A DNA stretch of 64,000 nucleotides from Lingula anatina (GCA_051362555.1 CM120642.1:26660001-26724000), one strand, 5' to 3'; positions 1-11,564 are shown, numbered from the stretch's first letter. The notes: a model not told the origin generated them from the sequence alone. A program made the numbers and translations.

Positions 1-75
1 TTCCTTTTATCAGCAAATATAACAATAAATATTTCAACAGTGAACAACAAAAATGACTGGATCCTTAATACTTAC

Positions 76-122
76 TCCTTGTTTTCTCTTGATGAAGCTT
101 TATTGAACCACTCTCCACAAAC
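76..122 (-). CDS. FPGS: FPGS exon 12 (VCGEWFNKAS...); gene continues beyond window start
   Basis: CxxWF motif following GAHT; tag| acceptor, |gtaagt donor. Confidence 0.85.
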
Positions 123-430
123 CTATTCAACAAAGCAAGAAAAATTGTACAAAGTCTAAATCAAACTTTAAGTCAAAACATCAAATGAGAATACCGTTTT
201 ATTACTTAACAATTACATAAAAGTCAATAAACACATAAAATATATTCATGAACATATTAAAGCTAGCTAATATTATAAATCAAACAAATCACTAAATATT
301 TAAACTTTACATTTTGTACACAATTTAATCTAAAATAGTCATAAACTAAACCTTTTAAAATTATAAAAGTGCTGTCAAAAAGTATAGCTGAAATCTAGTT
401 TCCTCAGTCTACATCAGTCTAAACTATCAC

Positions 431-528
431 CTCAATACTTCTTGGGGTATGGGCACCATCTAGAAAATAAGTAATCCTGCCCTGCTTCAGTGTTTGACTT
501 CGACCAGGCCAGCTGCACTTCTTCAGAC
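431..528 (-). CDS. FPGS: FPGS exon 11 (WPGRSQ...YFLDGAHTPRSIE)
   Basis: WPGR and LDGAHT motifs of the Mur-ligase-like C-domain. Confidence 0.97.
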
Positions 529-758
529 CTGCAAAACATTAATATTATAAATTTGCATACAAGCATGCATAGTAGTGCACAGAATTATAATCATTTTGAA
601 CAACTGATATTCAATAAATCATTAATACAGAGAATGGATTTTCCTCTGAGAATATACACGTCAGAAAAACATATGACATCAGTGCACATTCTACAGATTT
701 CACTTCCAACGATACAAAATTCTCTCAGTCAGAAATAGCTCCATTTACAAAATTTTAC

Positions 759-866
759 CTTGGTGATAAAGATCTGTGACTGCGAATATATTTGCTTCTG
801 GGATTCCATCTACATTTTCACTCTGGCCATGAGGTTGAGGGGGAATGACACCATTTTTAGTAAGAT
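759..866 (-). CDS. FPGS: FPGS exon 10 (variable linker)
   Basis: 108 nt, phase 1-1, keeps frame between exons 9 and 11. Confidence 0.8.
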
Positions 867-1140
867 CTACCAAACAAAAAGGGTGTAAAGTAAAGGTAGT
901 CTCTATTTTGCTTTAATTTAGAGCCGTAAATAAACTATTTAAAACCAAATGATCTCCCAGTGACCTAAAAACAAAAAATTAGCACAGAAAATGTATCACT
1001 TATAAGTCTAGCCATTATCAGTAAAAAAATTCCCAAAGGTTCAAATCATGAATACATAATTTTTTTCAAATTCCGTTTAATAATCAGTCTTCATATTCAT
1101 ATATATACTGCAAATAATAAGATAATAAGAATATACCTAC

Positions 1141-1291
1141 CCTGTTGCCCCTTCATCTTCTTCAACCATGTATGACATAGTTGTAAAGCAAGTGAAGCGT
1201 TGTTATATTGTACATCACCTGCAATACCCAACTCCAAAGAGCTTGATGACCAGCCATACTTCTCTATAGGTGGAGCTAGTGTCAGTGAACT
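1141..1291 (-). CDS. FPGS: FPGS exon 9 (LGIAGDVQYNNASLALQLC)
   Basis: Conserved LGxxGxxQxxNAxLA motif; 151 nt. Confidence 0.92.
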
Positions 1292-1420
1292 CTAAAAGTA
1301 GAAGAGATTTTATGTAATGTGTACAGCCATGAGCAGAAAGATAAAACACTTTTGTAAGAGAAGGATTGCTACAATCTTACTATATTCACAACACTCTCTC
1401 CTATTGAATCAAATTGTTAT

Positions 1421-1468
<48 letters not shown>

Positions 1469-1653
1469 ATTGAACAAACATAACTTTCAACAACAACAAC
1501 AGCAAATTTAAAATAAAATAGACCTACTTAATTTAACAAATTATTTCCTGAAATTTGGTGCTTTTTGACACTTTTTTTAAACTGCTGAATAATAATGGCT
1601 GGCAATTCTACTCACATCATTCTCATTTTTTCTACATCTCTACATGCACTTAC

Positions 1654-1731
1654 TCCTATCTCTTTAGCTCTCTGGTTTATGACTTGTAAAGAATCTCCTG
1701 GCTGGGGAACTGTAACTGCTGGGCAACCAGG
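1654..1731 (-). CDS. FPGS: FPGS exon 8 (PGCPAVTVPQPGDSLQVINQRAKEIG)
   Basis: 78 nt, phase 0-0, cag|...|gtaagt. Confidence 0.9.
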
Positions 1732-2022
1732 CTGGATATTAGATGGAAATGTTGCAAGGCTTCATTCATTAACATGGCCAAAAGCAAGTCTTCAATATTG
1801 TAAATTGAAATTGTACTCTTTGAATACAAGGTAAAGAAAATATACCCCAAACCCAAATAATTTCAACCATTTCTTACAGGAAACTTATGGCAGTTGAAAG
1901 GCTTAGGATGATAACAAATTACTACCATTCTTTAATAGCCAACAATAGAGCAGTATTTGTAATATGTCCATAAATTCCCTACTGTGATTTTAATATTTAA
2001 TTGAATATGTAATATGTGGCAC

Positions 2023-2125
2023 CTTCATTATCCCTGCTTTCTGCCAGGCTATCTTTTCAATTGTATCTCCTAAAATACTGACATGGTCTATACCAAGAGA
2101 TGTTATTCCACACACCACTGGTTTC
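2023..2125 (-). CDS. FPGS: FPGS exon 7 ([34 protein letters not shown])
   Basis: Conserved ITSLGIDH...IAWQKAGI motif. Confidence 0.97.
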
Positions 2126-2289
2126 CTGCAAAAATGAAAATAAGATATTACCTGATCTATGGCTATTTTTTATGTTCCAGTGAACATCTCTTTAATAACA
2201 AAATTAACTGTACAATATCAATCTTGAAATCTGGTAGACACTTAAAAGTTATTTTGGGTCAAAAACAGTTGGTTCAAAAAACACAAGAA

Positions 2290-2711
2290 ATGGTCCAAGC
2301 CCTCCAAAATTATAGTTTGAAGGCAACTTGCATGCCGCATTCATACTGTTGAGAATACAAATGAACTAAAATTGAAAGGCACAAAATGAGCACCAGACCT
2401 CTGTGTAACAATAGATTCATTTCCCTGCAAATTTCACTATCTCAATAGCCAAAGTAGCAAAATAAAACCCTGACAAACCTTTGACCTATGAAGCCATACA
2501 ATGGTCCAAGCCCTCCAAAATTATAGTTTGAAGGCAACTTGCATGCCGCATTCATACTGTTGAGAATACAAATGAACTAAAATTGAAAGGCACAAAATGA
2601 GCACCAGACCTCTGTGTAACAATAGATTCATTTCCCTGCAAATTTCACTATCTCAATAGCCAAAGTAGCAAAATAAAACCCTGACAAACCTTTGACCTAT
2701 GAAGCCATACA
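2290..2711. repeat. Tandem duplication, 2 x 211 bp
   Basis: 2290-2500 is repeated essentially identically at 2501-2711. Confidence 0.95.
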
Positions 2712-2751
2712 ATACGAGTTCTTAGTTTTTAATTTTGGAGTCTTCTCTTAA

Positions 2752-3862
2752 CCCCATAGAGCCCGTCACCGCATATGTGCGGTTCAATTATCGCTTACCC
2801 CAAACGCCCAGAACCGCATATGTGCGTATCTTGGAAAGATCGTCTTCTGTACTCTTTTGTATCGTGAGTCATGAAATGATATATAGTTTAACATCCGGGT
2901 ATGTTTCTTGTCTCTCATTGCCACCATTTTTAAAGGCGATAGAAATATATATGAGCGAGAAAACGGCGATTTTCAAGACTTAGTTGGAGAAAGTAAAATC
3001 AAGATGGCGGCTCCTCGCTACGGTAGGGACCTGCGAAGGGATACTGTTATTGAAATGATTGAAAATCCGGACTTTGAAGAGAAGTTTTCGTGTGACAGTA
3101 ACATAGACAGTGGCGTTGATATTCATTTATTTATGATATAAAGGACGATAGAAGTATATATGAGCGAGAAATTGGCGATTTTCTAGACCTAGCTGGTGAA
3201 AGTAAAATCAAAATGGCGACTTCTCACTACGGAAGGGGCCTGCGAATGAATACTGATATTGAAATGATTGAAAACTACGACACTGATAAGGTGTTTTCGA
3301 GTGACAGTGATATAGACAGTGGGGATGATATTCCTTTATTCATGATATAAGTTTTAAAGATGTTTTTGTCATAGATGGTGTAAAAATTTGACTTCTATTC
3401 AGCTCTGGCCACGATGTTCAGGTGAGCTGAAAAGCTGGTATACCTGATAGCAAAACGATCATAACTTGAAAATTGATAGAGATAAATTGCTGAAATTTCC
3501 TAGATTGAAAGTTACTATAATTGACATCATCCCTGTTAATTTTCAAGCAAATTTATGTAGAAATAAAAAATTGATGTGCAAAAGATAAATCAACTTTGTT
3601 TTATTTTACCCATTACCAAATGAAAATGTAGTTTTTAACCGGCTATAACTTTTGATACTGCATGTTAAATTAAAATGTAATTCTATTTTCATTTAGCTTG
3701 AAATATTGGCTTTTTAAAAATGTATACTTTGTATGGGTAATAAAGGCAAACAAATAAATAATGACCAATTTACTGAGGTGACCCGGATTTTCAAGGCTAG
3801 CTCACAGAATTAATTGGGCACAGCAGAGCTTTATGGGTCAGCATTAACTGGATCCTATGGGG
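2752..3862. mobile_element. Non-autonomous piggyBac-type element
   Basis: TTAA|CCCCATAG...CTATGGGG|TTAA (TSDs 2748-2751 and 3863-3866). Subterminal ACCGCATATGTGCG occurs twice. Internal ~210-bp diverged duplication at 2931-3349. Confidence 0.8.
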
Positions 3863-3941
3863 TTAATGGAATTAGAATGTGGAACTATTGCAGCTATGAC
3901 TGTTAGAATAGCAACAATTAAGAAACCATGTGCCTATTTAC

Positions 3942-4003
3942 CTGACAATATTTGTGCAATCATATTGGCCTCCTATTCCGACTTCAATCACAGCTACATC
4001 TAC
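3942..4003 (-). CDS. FPGS: FPGS exon 6 (VDVAVIEVGIGGQYDCTNIV)
   Basis: FPGS signature EVGIGGxYDxTN. Confidence 0.97.
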
Positions 4004-4249
4004 CTACAGAGAAAAAAGAAAAGTGTTTATATGAGAATTTGAATTACTGAAAAGACTGTACTTTATATGAATGTTCCACAAAATGTCAACCATGTTATGT
4101 AGTTTTTAAAAACACTGCTACATCCTAGAGCAATGTGGATGTTATTATATTTTTAAAAACTTTTAAGTACAAGAAAAACACTATGCCGCAAATGCTTTAT
4201 TTATAAAACTATTATAAAAATTTAAATTAAGTTTTTTTTTATGAAATAC

Positions 4250-4327
4250 CTTTTCTTGAACAAACACCTTGAAAGCCATAACAGTCAAGAATTTAAAGTA
4301 AGATGGCATGCTTCCTCCATCACTGTC
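4250..4327 (-). CDS. FPGS: FPGS exon 5 (MPSYFKFLTVMAFKVFVQEK)
   Basis: Conserved MPxYFxFLT motif; 78 nt. Confidence 0.95.
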
Positions 4328-4508
4328 CTGAGAAAAAAAAAAAAGAAAATCGCTGACTTTATATTACAGTACGAAATTCAAATTCAAAAAAATATTACAA
4401 TAGGATGGGTTCTAAAATGAAAAAAAAAAATCATTAGTAACATTAAATATTTATTCAGAAATTATGAACATCATTAAGAAGTGTGCCAGAGTTTCCAGTC
4501 TGACTTAC

Positions 4509-4623
4509 CTTTCCTTCTATTAGTTTGTTATAACACTGCCAGAAGTAGTCAGTGAACATATCCTTAGAAAGAGGAAGCCCATTGAGCCTGATCCTTTCTC
4601 TGACCTCGACAAGGTGAGGGGAA
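4509..4623 (-). CDS. FPGS: FPGS exon 4 (SPHLVEVRERIRLNG)
   Basis: FPGS signature SPHL..VRERIRING; 115 nt, phase 2-0. Confidence 0.97.
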
Positions 4624-4890
4624 CTGTTAAAAAAAAAGTTAATTTTTGACATTGAATAAGTCCAGAAGTTTTAATCATGGCCATAACTAAATATCACAGA
4701 ATATCTGGTTGCAGCAGATGAATTTTTTCTTTTTAAATTCAAAACAGCAGATGTATTCATTTCTTTGGAATTCATAATAAAATTAAATGTCTGCAGTCAA
4801 GTATCTTTGGGCAGTTCTTATTGTATCGTAGGCCATTAACCTTATTTACCAAATTTCAATTCATTTTCCCTTGATAGAATGTGTACATAC

Positions 4891-5009
4891 CTGTAGAAAC
4901 CAGTTTTATACCCATGAGCACGTAAAATACTTTCACAGAAAGCACAAGTGGAACCCTTTCCTTTTGTTCCACTGACATGGATGACGTTCAGCTTATCAAT
5001 GTCATCTAA
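4891..5009 (-). CDS. FPGS: FPGS exon 3, P-loop ([20 protein letters not shown]...KTGFYS)
   Basis: [11 protein letters not shown]-binding motif of FolC/FPGS; AG/GT sites in frame. Confidence 0.97.
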
Positions 5010-5744
5010 CTGGAGAAAATGAAACGGTCATAAAAGGATGGTGGTTAGGTGTGTTCCAATAAACTTCCTAACATTAACCAGAAATTCTATCACTGACGTA
5101 AAAAAAAAAAAAAGAAAAAAAAGAAAAAAATTGCATGTAGGAACCCCCAATGAGAACCCCACTACAGTTCAATACATGGTTAACTTTTTTTTGACAAATG
5201 TTGTCCAAATCAAAAAATTGAACACCACCAAATATGCATTCAGCTGATATAGAATATATTTTAGCATCTGACTAAATTTTACTATACCACTGTGTAATCT
5301 GATTTAAATTCCATGATGGGGTCTAGTCTAGTTAAGTGGTGATGCTAAATTGACTGTTTTATGTTTATAAAATAAATGGTTGTTCTTAACATGCCATGGT
5401 CTCACTACAGTTTGTTTCCTCAATAATATGCAGCACACCTGCACATTTAAAATAAATCATGAATGCAATTCTTTTTTAGACTTTTAACTCTTATCTTGAT
5501 GCAAGTTACTTATCATTTAAACTGAAATATTTATGAAAGGAGAAATGCCATATAATTCTCACTTGGGGGAAATTTCTTACATCTGTTATTAAGCTGTCAT
5601 GTCTGGAATCTCGTAAAAATATGCATATTCATAGAAAATATCACACATCACAAAATCATAAATTTTCACTGAAAATAAATAAATCTATTATGCCAAGTAT
5701 ACAAGAAAGAGCTGATCTATACAGTGTAGATATAATGTATTTAC

Positions 5745-5888
5745 CGTAACTCCAACCAGCTCTGATAATCTCTTGGTTTCTGGCACATTTGAATGTGTTA
5801 CGTTTGGCCCATTCTTCTCCCTGTCTTGTCGCTTCTTTTCAATGACAGCAGCATTTGACTGCAGACCATTCAAAGCATCTATGGCCTC
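5745..5888 (-). CDS. FPGS: FPGS exon 2 (EAIDALNGLQSNAAVIEKK...LVGVT)
   Basis: 144 nt, tttcag| acceptor, |gtaaat donor, conserved LNxLQ(S/T)N motif. Confidence 0.9.
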
Positions 5889-6587
5889 CTGAAAAGATAC
5901 AGCACCAATATGAAACACTGTCAAATGTATTTTACCTTGCTCAAATTTAAACTAAGTCATATGTGTCATTCAAAGAAGCCAATCTTACCTTTACTACTTG
6001 GCCTAAATATAAAACGCTTAAAAACAAAACAGAAAATGTGTTGCTGTAGCAGTGAGAGAACATCTATGCTGGTACCATAGTTTTCCATATAATTCACTGT
6101 ATATTGTCAGTTTCATGGTGTTACTGGAGTTCACTCTAGAGTCTAGAATAATATTTTCTTATTGAAAAAATATAAGGATTTCAGTCAATTAAAAACATTC
6201 ACCTTATTCAATAACTAACATACTTGTCAAGAACGGTGAAATATCTTACATTTTCGAGCCAAATTAGATAACGTTCAGCATTCGGCTATAATATACACAC
6301 TATGGTTTCAAGAAGCCAGGCTTCTATTCAGTGGATTCAGCATCTCCTTTTAAATTCCTGTACAGTTTACCTCAAGCTCAGCATGCTACTTGACATAATT
6401 TATATATGAAAGTGCTGGAACACCTGTTACTATAAATATGGAGGTCTAGGAATTAACCTGGGAATAAAACAGCATGCAAGAGCAGGCACCACATAATATA
6501 TACATGTAGTATATGTGCAGGTATATATATAGCATAGAAATAAAGTATATGTGTAGACAGTAACATGCACCATCACCCTCCACTTAC

Positions 6588-6677
6588 ATCTAAAGTTGGT
6601 TTTGGGCATATCTTGGTGCCTTGCGTAGAAACAGCCTGAAAGTAGGACTGGCACCTCTGAAACATCTTCCATGGCGT
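6588..6677 (-). CDS. FPGS: Candidate alternative/cassette FPGS exon (TPWK-MFQRCQSYFQAVSTQGTKICPKPTLD)
   Basis: Acceptor catttcag|, donor GAT|GTAAGT, 90 nt, open in phase 0-0, in-frame ATG at 6665. Confidence 0.4.
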
Positions 6678-6978
6678 CTGAAATGATGCACCGACCGATA
6701 CTGGTGTTTTAATTAATATCCCTTTGTTTAAAGTAACAGTTTAAGTTCAAATAAAGGAATACAATGATACATAGGAAGAGTGTGCTATATGAAAAAGTGC
6801 TTTGCACCACTGACCAAGATATTAAACCCAAGCAAATGCAATCTGAAACGCTCTAATATATACAAAGCAATGCACCATACCAGCTGTTATAATTTACTAC
6901 AAATGAATAACAATATTTCATAAGCAATTATTTTGCTAGCATTTAAATAATATTATATACAGTATATACGTAATCTAA

Positions 6979-7201
6979 GGGTGCATTCCCAGAGATTTAG
7001 ATTGATCTAGAGATTTAGATTTAGATTGACCTAACTCCCTGGGGGTTCACGCTAAATTGCAGTCAGCCGAGCACACCATAGTTAATTACCCCCTTACAGC
7101 TTTAAGTAGGCAGGACAGACACTTAAGCCGGCTAAGCTGACAGTAATCTAGAGAGACTCCCCACAGGGATAGATCGATCTAAAATTTATGGGAATGGGGT
7201 C
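6979..7201. mobile_element. MITE family A copy 1 (PIF/Harbinger-Tourist-like)
   Basis: TAA flanks both ends; GGGTGCATTCCCA...TGGGAATGGGGTC termini; homologous to 12204 and 54349. Confidence 0.7.
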
Positions 7202-7326
7202 TAATAAAAATCCTCTTTTGCAGCTTAGGGTTTAAATCTTTTTCATCAAACATTTTATATTTATATATTAAGGCATTCTTCCAAAAGAACTAAGAAAAAG
7301 ATGAAAAATCTAATGACAAGTATGGT

Positions 7327-7542
7327 TCATTACATTAAAAAGTGAATGTGATGTCATTGTCACACAAACTTTGCGTGATATTTGCTTTTTACACCACTTT
7401 TAAATTACTGCTGATTTCTTTCAATATTGGAAGGCACTTATTTAAATGGTAAAAATAATGGGGCAAATCAAAATTATGCAAATATTACACAAAATGTGTA
7501 CGACATTGATGTGACCCAAATGTTCACTTTTTACTGGAATGA
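7327..7542. repeat. Degenerate inverted repeat (old MITE-like)
   Basis: 7327-7386 (TCATT..AAAAAGTGAA..GATATTTGC) is the approximate reverse complement of 7479-7542. Confidence 0.5.
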
Positions 7543-8228
7543 TCTCCATGAGAATTAGGAATTTAGGGCACTCTATAAAGTAATAAACATATATCACAGT
7601 GACTATAATAAATAAATATTTATTAATAAAATTGTAATAACCACTAACAGTAAAATAAGTTGGTTATGTTACAAATCATAGAAGTAGATGTACAAATTAA
7701 CAAAGATAGACAAAATCAGACTACAGTTGAGCTAAAAATAGTTCACTAAACTTTATTTTTACCACAGAGTAGAACGGACTAAAAATTTAAAAACATTTTT
7801 CTTTAAAAAATCAATCTTAAAAGGAGAATAAAACAATAGCTTGCTAATACTGAATAAAAGTCATTTATACTTGTACATACTCTTCATCAAATTTATTATC
7901 TAAACGACTGAACAGAACAATGAACTCCAGTTATAGGAAAGTCACCACTTTAGATTACCAAAATTAAATACTACATGTTTAGTAGAAGGTATTCAAAACT
8001 ATAAATTACTCCCCGAGTCTCTTAACCAATAACTATACCATGCTCTGAGACTCTAAAGACTCCTCTGTCTTCTCCAAGTTAAGTTCCATTACACTTTTAT
8101 CCAGATCTGACCAGCCCAATCAAGTTAAATTATCATAACAACTTGTATCCGGGTCAGTGCAGATCTCCCATTCCCATGTCATGACCAGTTGATGACCAGG
8201 TCAAAAACTCGGTCACATATATCTGAAC

Positions 8229-8400
8229 CGGTCCTACCAAAATACGCAAACCGCGAAAACCAAAAGTTGATCGGCGAAAACAACATAAAAAAACTACCAA
8301 CATTCGATGTTCTCCACAAATTAGCCGAATATTTGCAGTTGTAATGATACAACTTGAGGTTTTCGCGGACTTCGCAGTTTGCGTATTTTAGTATGACCCC
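8229..8400. mobile_element. MITE with 8-bp TSD
   Basis: TIR GGTC(C/A)TAC(C/T)AAAATACGCAAA; ATCTGAAC duplicated at 8221-8228 and 8401-8408. Confidence 0.8.
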
Positions 8401-8679
8401 ATCTGAACGATGGTTAATTTTAGATTACTAAATTGATTTTTATCTTCTCGAAATCATTAATATATTATGCTAAATGCAATATGTACAAATAACCTCTTCT
8501 ACGCTTTGAGAAGTTCTACTGGCCCTTCTTTACAGGATTGGCAGCAGATGTAAAGATAAATAAAAACCGGACTTATTCGGATACCGACGAAGTTTGTTTT
8601 GTCGGGCCACGTGGTTGTAGTATGTACACAGACCTCATTTCAGTAGCAAACGATGGATAAAGTGTGATCGGATTATTAC

Positions 8680-8736
8680 CTCATATGATTTTGTCACTCT
8701 CGAGGCGCGCAGTGAGGAAGTCAAACACTTCATCAT
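8680..8736 (-). CDS. FPGS: Folylpolyglutamate synthase, first coding exon (MMKCLTSSLRASRVTKSYE)
   Basis: ATG at 8736, 19 codons, phase-0 donor GAG|GTAATA. Joined to the next exon it reads KSYE|EAIDALNGLQSNA, resembling the FPGS N-terminal helix (human MEYQDAVRMLNTLQTNA). Confidence 0.75.
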
Positions 8737-9061
8737 TAATCTGAGAAAGGACTTCTTTTCCCTAATAACTCACTGGAAATCGCACATTGGAAATGATATT
8801 GCTGCGACCACACGGACAGCGCACCTCACTCAACACATACAGAGCTAGCGAGCTTTTCTCAGACTTACTTTTGTTATATAGTTATTATGTAAATTCGATT
8901 TCAATTTCTGAATCAAAAATGAGCAGTTTCTCGGAATCTTTACAGAAAATTACTCCAATGAATATATTTAACTGCAATTTAATGCATATTTAAGTATATC
9001 TTCATCGCTTATCATGGCTAAGAATAAAGTGCTAAAATCACATGATTCAGTCAAAATGGCG
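8737..9061. promoter_or_regulatory. Probable bidirectional promoter shared by FPGS and MAP2K7
   Basis: Divergent start codons at 8736(-) and 9014/9056(+). Locally more CpG-containing than the flanking introns. YY1-like CAAAATGGCG at 9052-9061. Confidence 0.7.
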
Positions 9062-9191
9062 ACGAGTGCCTTTCAAAACAAATTGAATGACTTAGAAAGG
9101 CGACTGCAAGCTGAAAATGAGTCCCACAGACGCGATCGCACACCTAGAAACTTCGGACTTCACATAGAGAGCCCAAGGAGACAGAGACCAA
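9056..9191 (+). CDS. MAP2K7: MKK7 exon 1 (MATSAFQNKLNDLERRLQAENE...SPRRQRP); upstream in-frame ATG at 9014
   Basis: Resembles human MKK7 N-terminus MAASSLEQKLSRLEAKLKQENRE; phase-1 donor A|GTAGGT. Confidence 0.9.
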
Positions 9192-10240
9192 GTAGGTGTT
9201 TTTGTTAAGAGTTAGACAAAAATGATAACAAAATAAAAAAATTCTTCTGGCTCGGTTTTTTTACAGAGACAAAAATAAATTCTCTAGGGAATCCCCTTAT
9301 TTTGGCCCGAGGAAATATTGCGCAAATATTGCATTTGCATTCTTTACAATACTTCCCCGTGTTATCTTGGAGTCAAACATGCCATTAATCCTTTTTTTAT
9401 TATCATTAATGTGGAAACTTACCAACCCAAGCTGTCAGAGCCAGATTCAGGGTACAAATTTGTGACATTCTTCTTCATCTCTCGAGGTCTTTGATACAAG
9501 TCTTCTTCAGTCTTCAGTCATTTAGCCTGAAGGGCTAGGTAACTGTGCTGGACTTTTGAGTAGTGGTATCAATCTGTGAACTATTTATGTACAATGGTTT
9601 TGTGCAGCATAAAGAATAATTAAATGTTATCAGATTAATGTTTGAGCATCCGCGTGTCCTTTTCTATATACATGTGCCAGAAAAGTGGTCAAGTCAACTG
9701 GATGACTTTAGAATGTATGTATGCATGCATTATTCTTATACATTTGATTTCTTCAAGTCTTATCCACCTGACTCACTTCATTTTGACCATCATTTTTTTA
9801 TTGTGCAGCAGCCTAGTAGACTTGCAACTGCAAAATTAGTTTTCAAACCTTTAACTGGTTGGACTATTTATGAGAAAGTATTCAAATCTTAAAGGACTGA
9901 CCAGTTTTATTAACTTAATATTATACTCTGTTACGAAAAAGGTTTGAAGTACTTGAGACTTAAAAAATATGCGAACACCATTTATTATCATCTCAGTGAG
10001 CCATACTTTCTACACAAATGAGAAATGGACTTTTTAACTCTGCTAATAATTGATAAAATGATGGCAGTTGGAAGTGGTTTATCTAAACAAAAGGGGCTTT
10101 GTTTGATGTGTAAGCCTTCACACACCTGTTTTCAATTATTACCTTTTCAATGAAAAAGATTTAGTGGTCATATTTGCACTGGTAAGGAGAAAAGTTGAAA
10201 CAAATGATATGTAAAGCTTTGGCAGATAATTTTTGTGCAG

Positions 10241-10255
10241 GACCTTTTCTCCCAA
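10241..10255 (+). CDS. MAP2K7: Candidate 15-nt MKK7 microexon (RPFLP)
   Basis: ttttgtgcag|GACCTTTTCTCCCAA|gtaatg, phase 1-1; inclusion yields QRPRPFLP. Confidence 0.45.
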
Positions 10256-10619
10256 GTAATGACAATTTGTTGGAAAACTATATTGTATGAACTATATCCA
10301 AGACGAGGAAATTCTGTTGCAAATCGTACTTATGATTATAATTACTGGTTTTAATAATATGGTTTTGATCTATCACCTGAGCACCATAATCTTTAGTATA
10401 TTCAGCATTATATAGCTCTCCAAGTAATGTTGTAAAAAAAAAGTTAACATACTTATCAAGTAATTATAATGATGCTGATTCTGTATGAAAGAACTCATTT
10501 TTTACCTGTCAATCCCACTTGATATGATTTAAATGAAATATATTTAAGTAAAAAAATACTAGCAATTGATAATTGGATCTGGATCTTCATTGTGCTCATT
10601 ATAATCAATTTCCACACAG

Positions 10620-10728
10620 CTGGTTTTGGTCCCACTATATCCCGGCCAGGCTCAGCTCCTCCTCACACAAGGACAAGGCAGAGGTTTGAATGGGCCACCT
10701 CCCCACAGACTACAAAACCTTTAGACAG
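10620..10728 (+). CDS. MAP2K7: MKK7 exon 2 (GFGPTISRPGSAPPHTRTRQRFEW...LDS)
   Basis: 109 nt, phase 1-2, bridges exon 1 and exon 3 in frame. Confidence 0.8.
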
Positions 10729-11497
10729 GTGAGACAAACTGTGTCTATCAGATGTGATCATTATTTTGATGGTAGGAATTATCTGGTTTTATAGGCAATG
10801 GATGTGTTCTTGTGTTGATTTAAAAACCCATTGACATTATTTTAAAAAATGTCTTGCAGATGAGAGAATAGATGAGAGATTGCATGGTGATGTGATGTGC
10901 CAGTAATACTTCTGTTCATTGCACGCTGTTTTGTTGTAATTATGTGTTGGTTAAGTCTAGGGTTAGATATGTAGATTTTTACCTATGTCTAGCTGTGCAT
11001 AAAAGATACAGTCATTAGGCAGGCTCATGACATCCAATTCTCAATATTTGAATATCAGTTACTGTACTGTATCATACCTAAGAAAAGTGAATAATTTTAT
11101 TTTTCAAAGCAATGTGATTTCTTTGAAGTCTAGATGCATTTCCTTTTGTCATGAGAAAATCCTTTCTGCTGACTTAAATCTTTCCATGCTTATGAGTCAA
11201 AAGGCATGATTTTCAGCTACCCTAAGAAAACAGCATTTGGGAATTCGAATTTTAACTTATAAGTTTACATTTTGTGATAATTTAGTGATAATAGTGACAA
11301 CATTTCACCATACTGTGTCACCTTAAAGGTCTCAAAACGGGGGCACTGCATGCAAAATGCACATAGAATTTTAAGGATCAGTAAACATGATTACATTGGC
11401 CTTTCTCCATTATTCATAAGGAGCTGTAATTTATTGTCAATGACTATTACAAGTACACATGTATAATTTATAATTCTGATTCTAATTGTCTTTTCAG

Positions 11498-11564
11498 TGT
11501 TGACATAGAACAGAAATATCATGAGATTATGAAACAGGCAGGGATTTTACACTTTAATGGTCAA
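11498..11564 (+). CDS. MAP2K7: MKK7 exon 3 (VDIEQKYHEIMKQAGILHFNGQ)
   Basis: Similar to human IEIDQKLQEIMKQTGYLTIGGQ. Confidence 0.93.

Noticed and set aside
1317-1511. Poly-Lys ORF (and poly-Ile ORFs at 46250-46511)
   Set aside because: Poly-A tract and AAT/ATT microsatellite.
6430-6672. 80-aa ORF as the FPGS N-terminus
   Set aside because: Out of frame with exon 2 and runs through the GTAAGT donor; at most a uORF.
9506-9870. Additional MKK7 exons near 9511-9538 and 9811-9857
   Set aside because: They introduce in-frame stops after the phase-1 donor.
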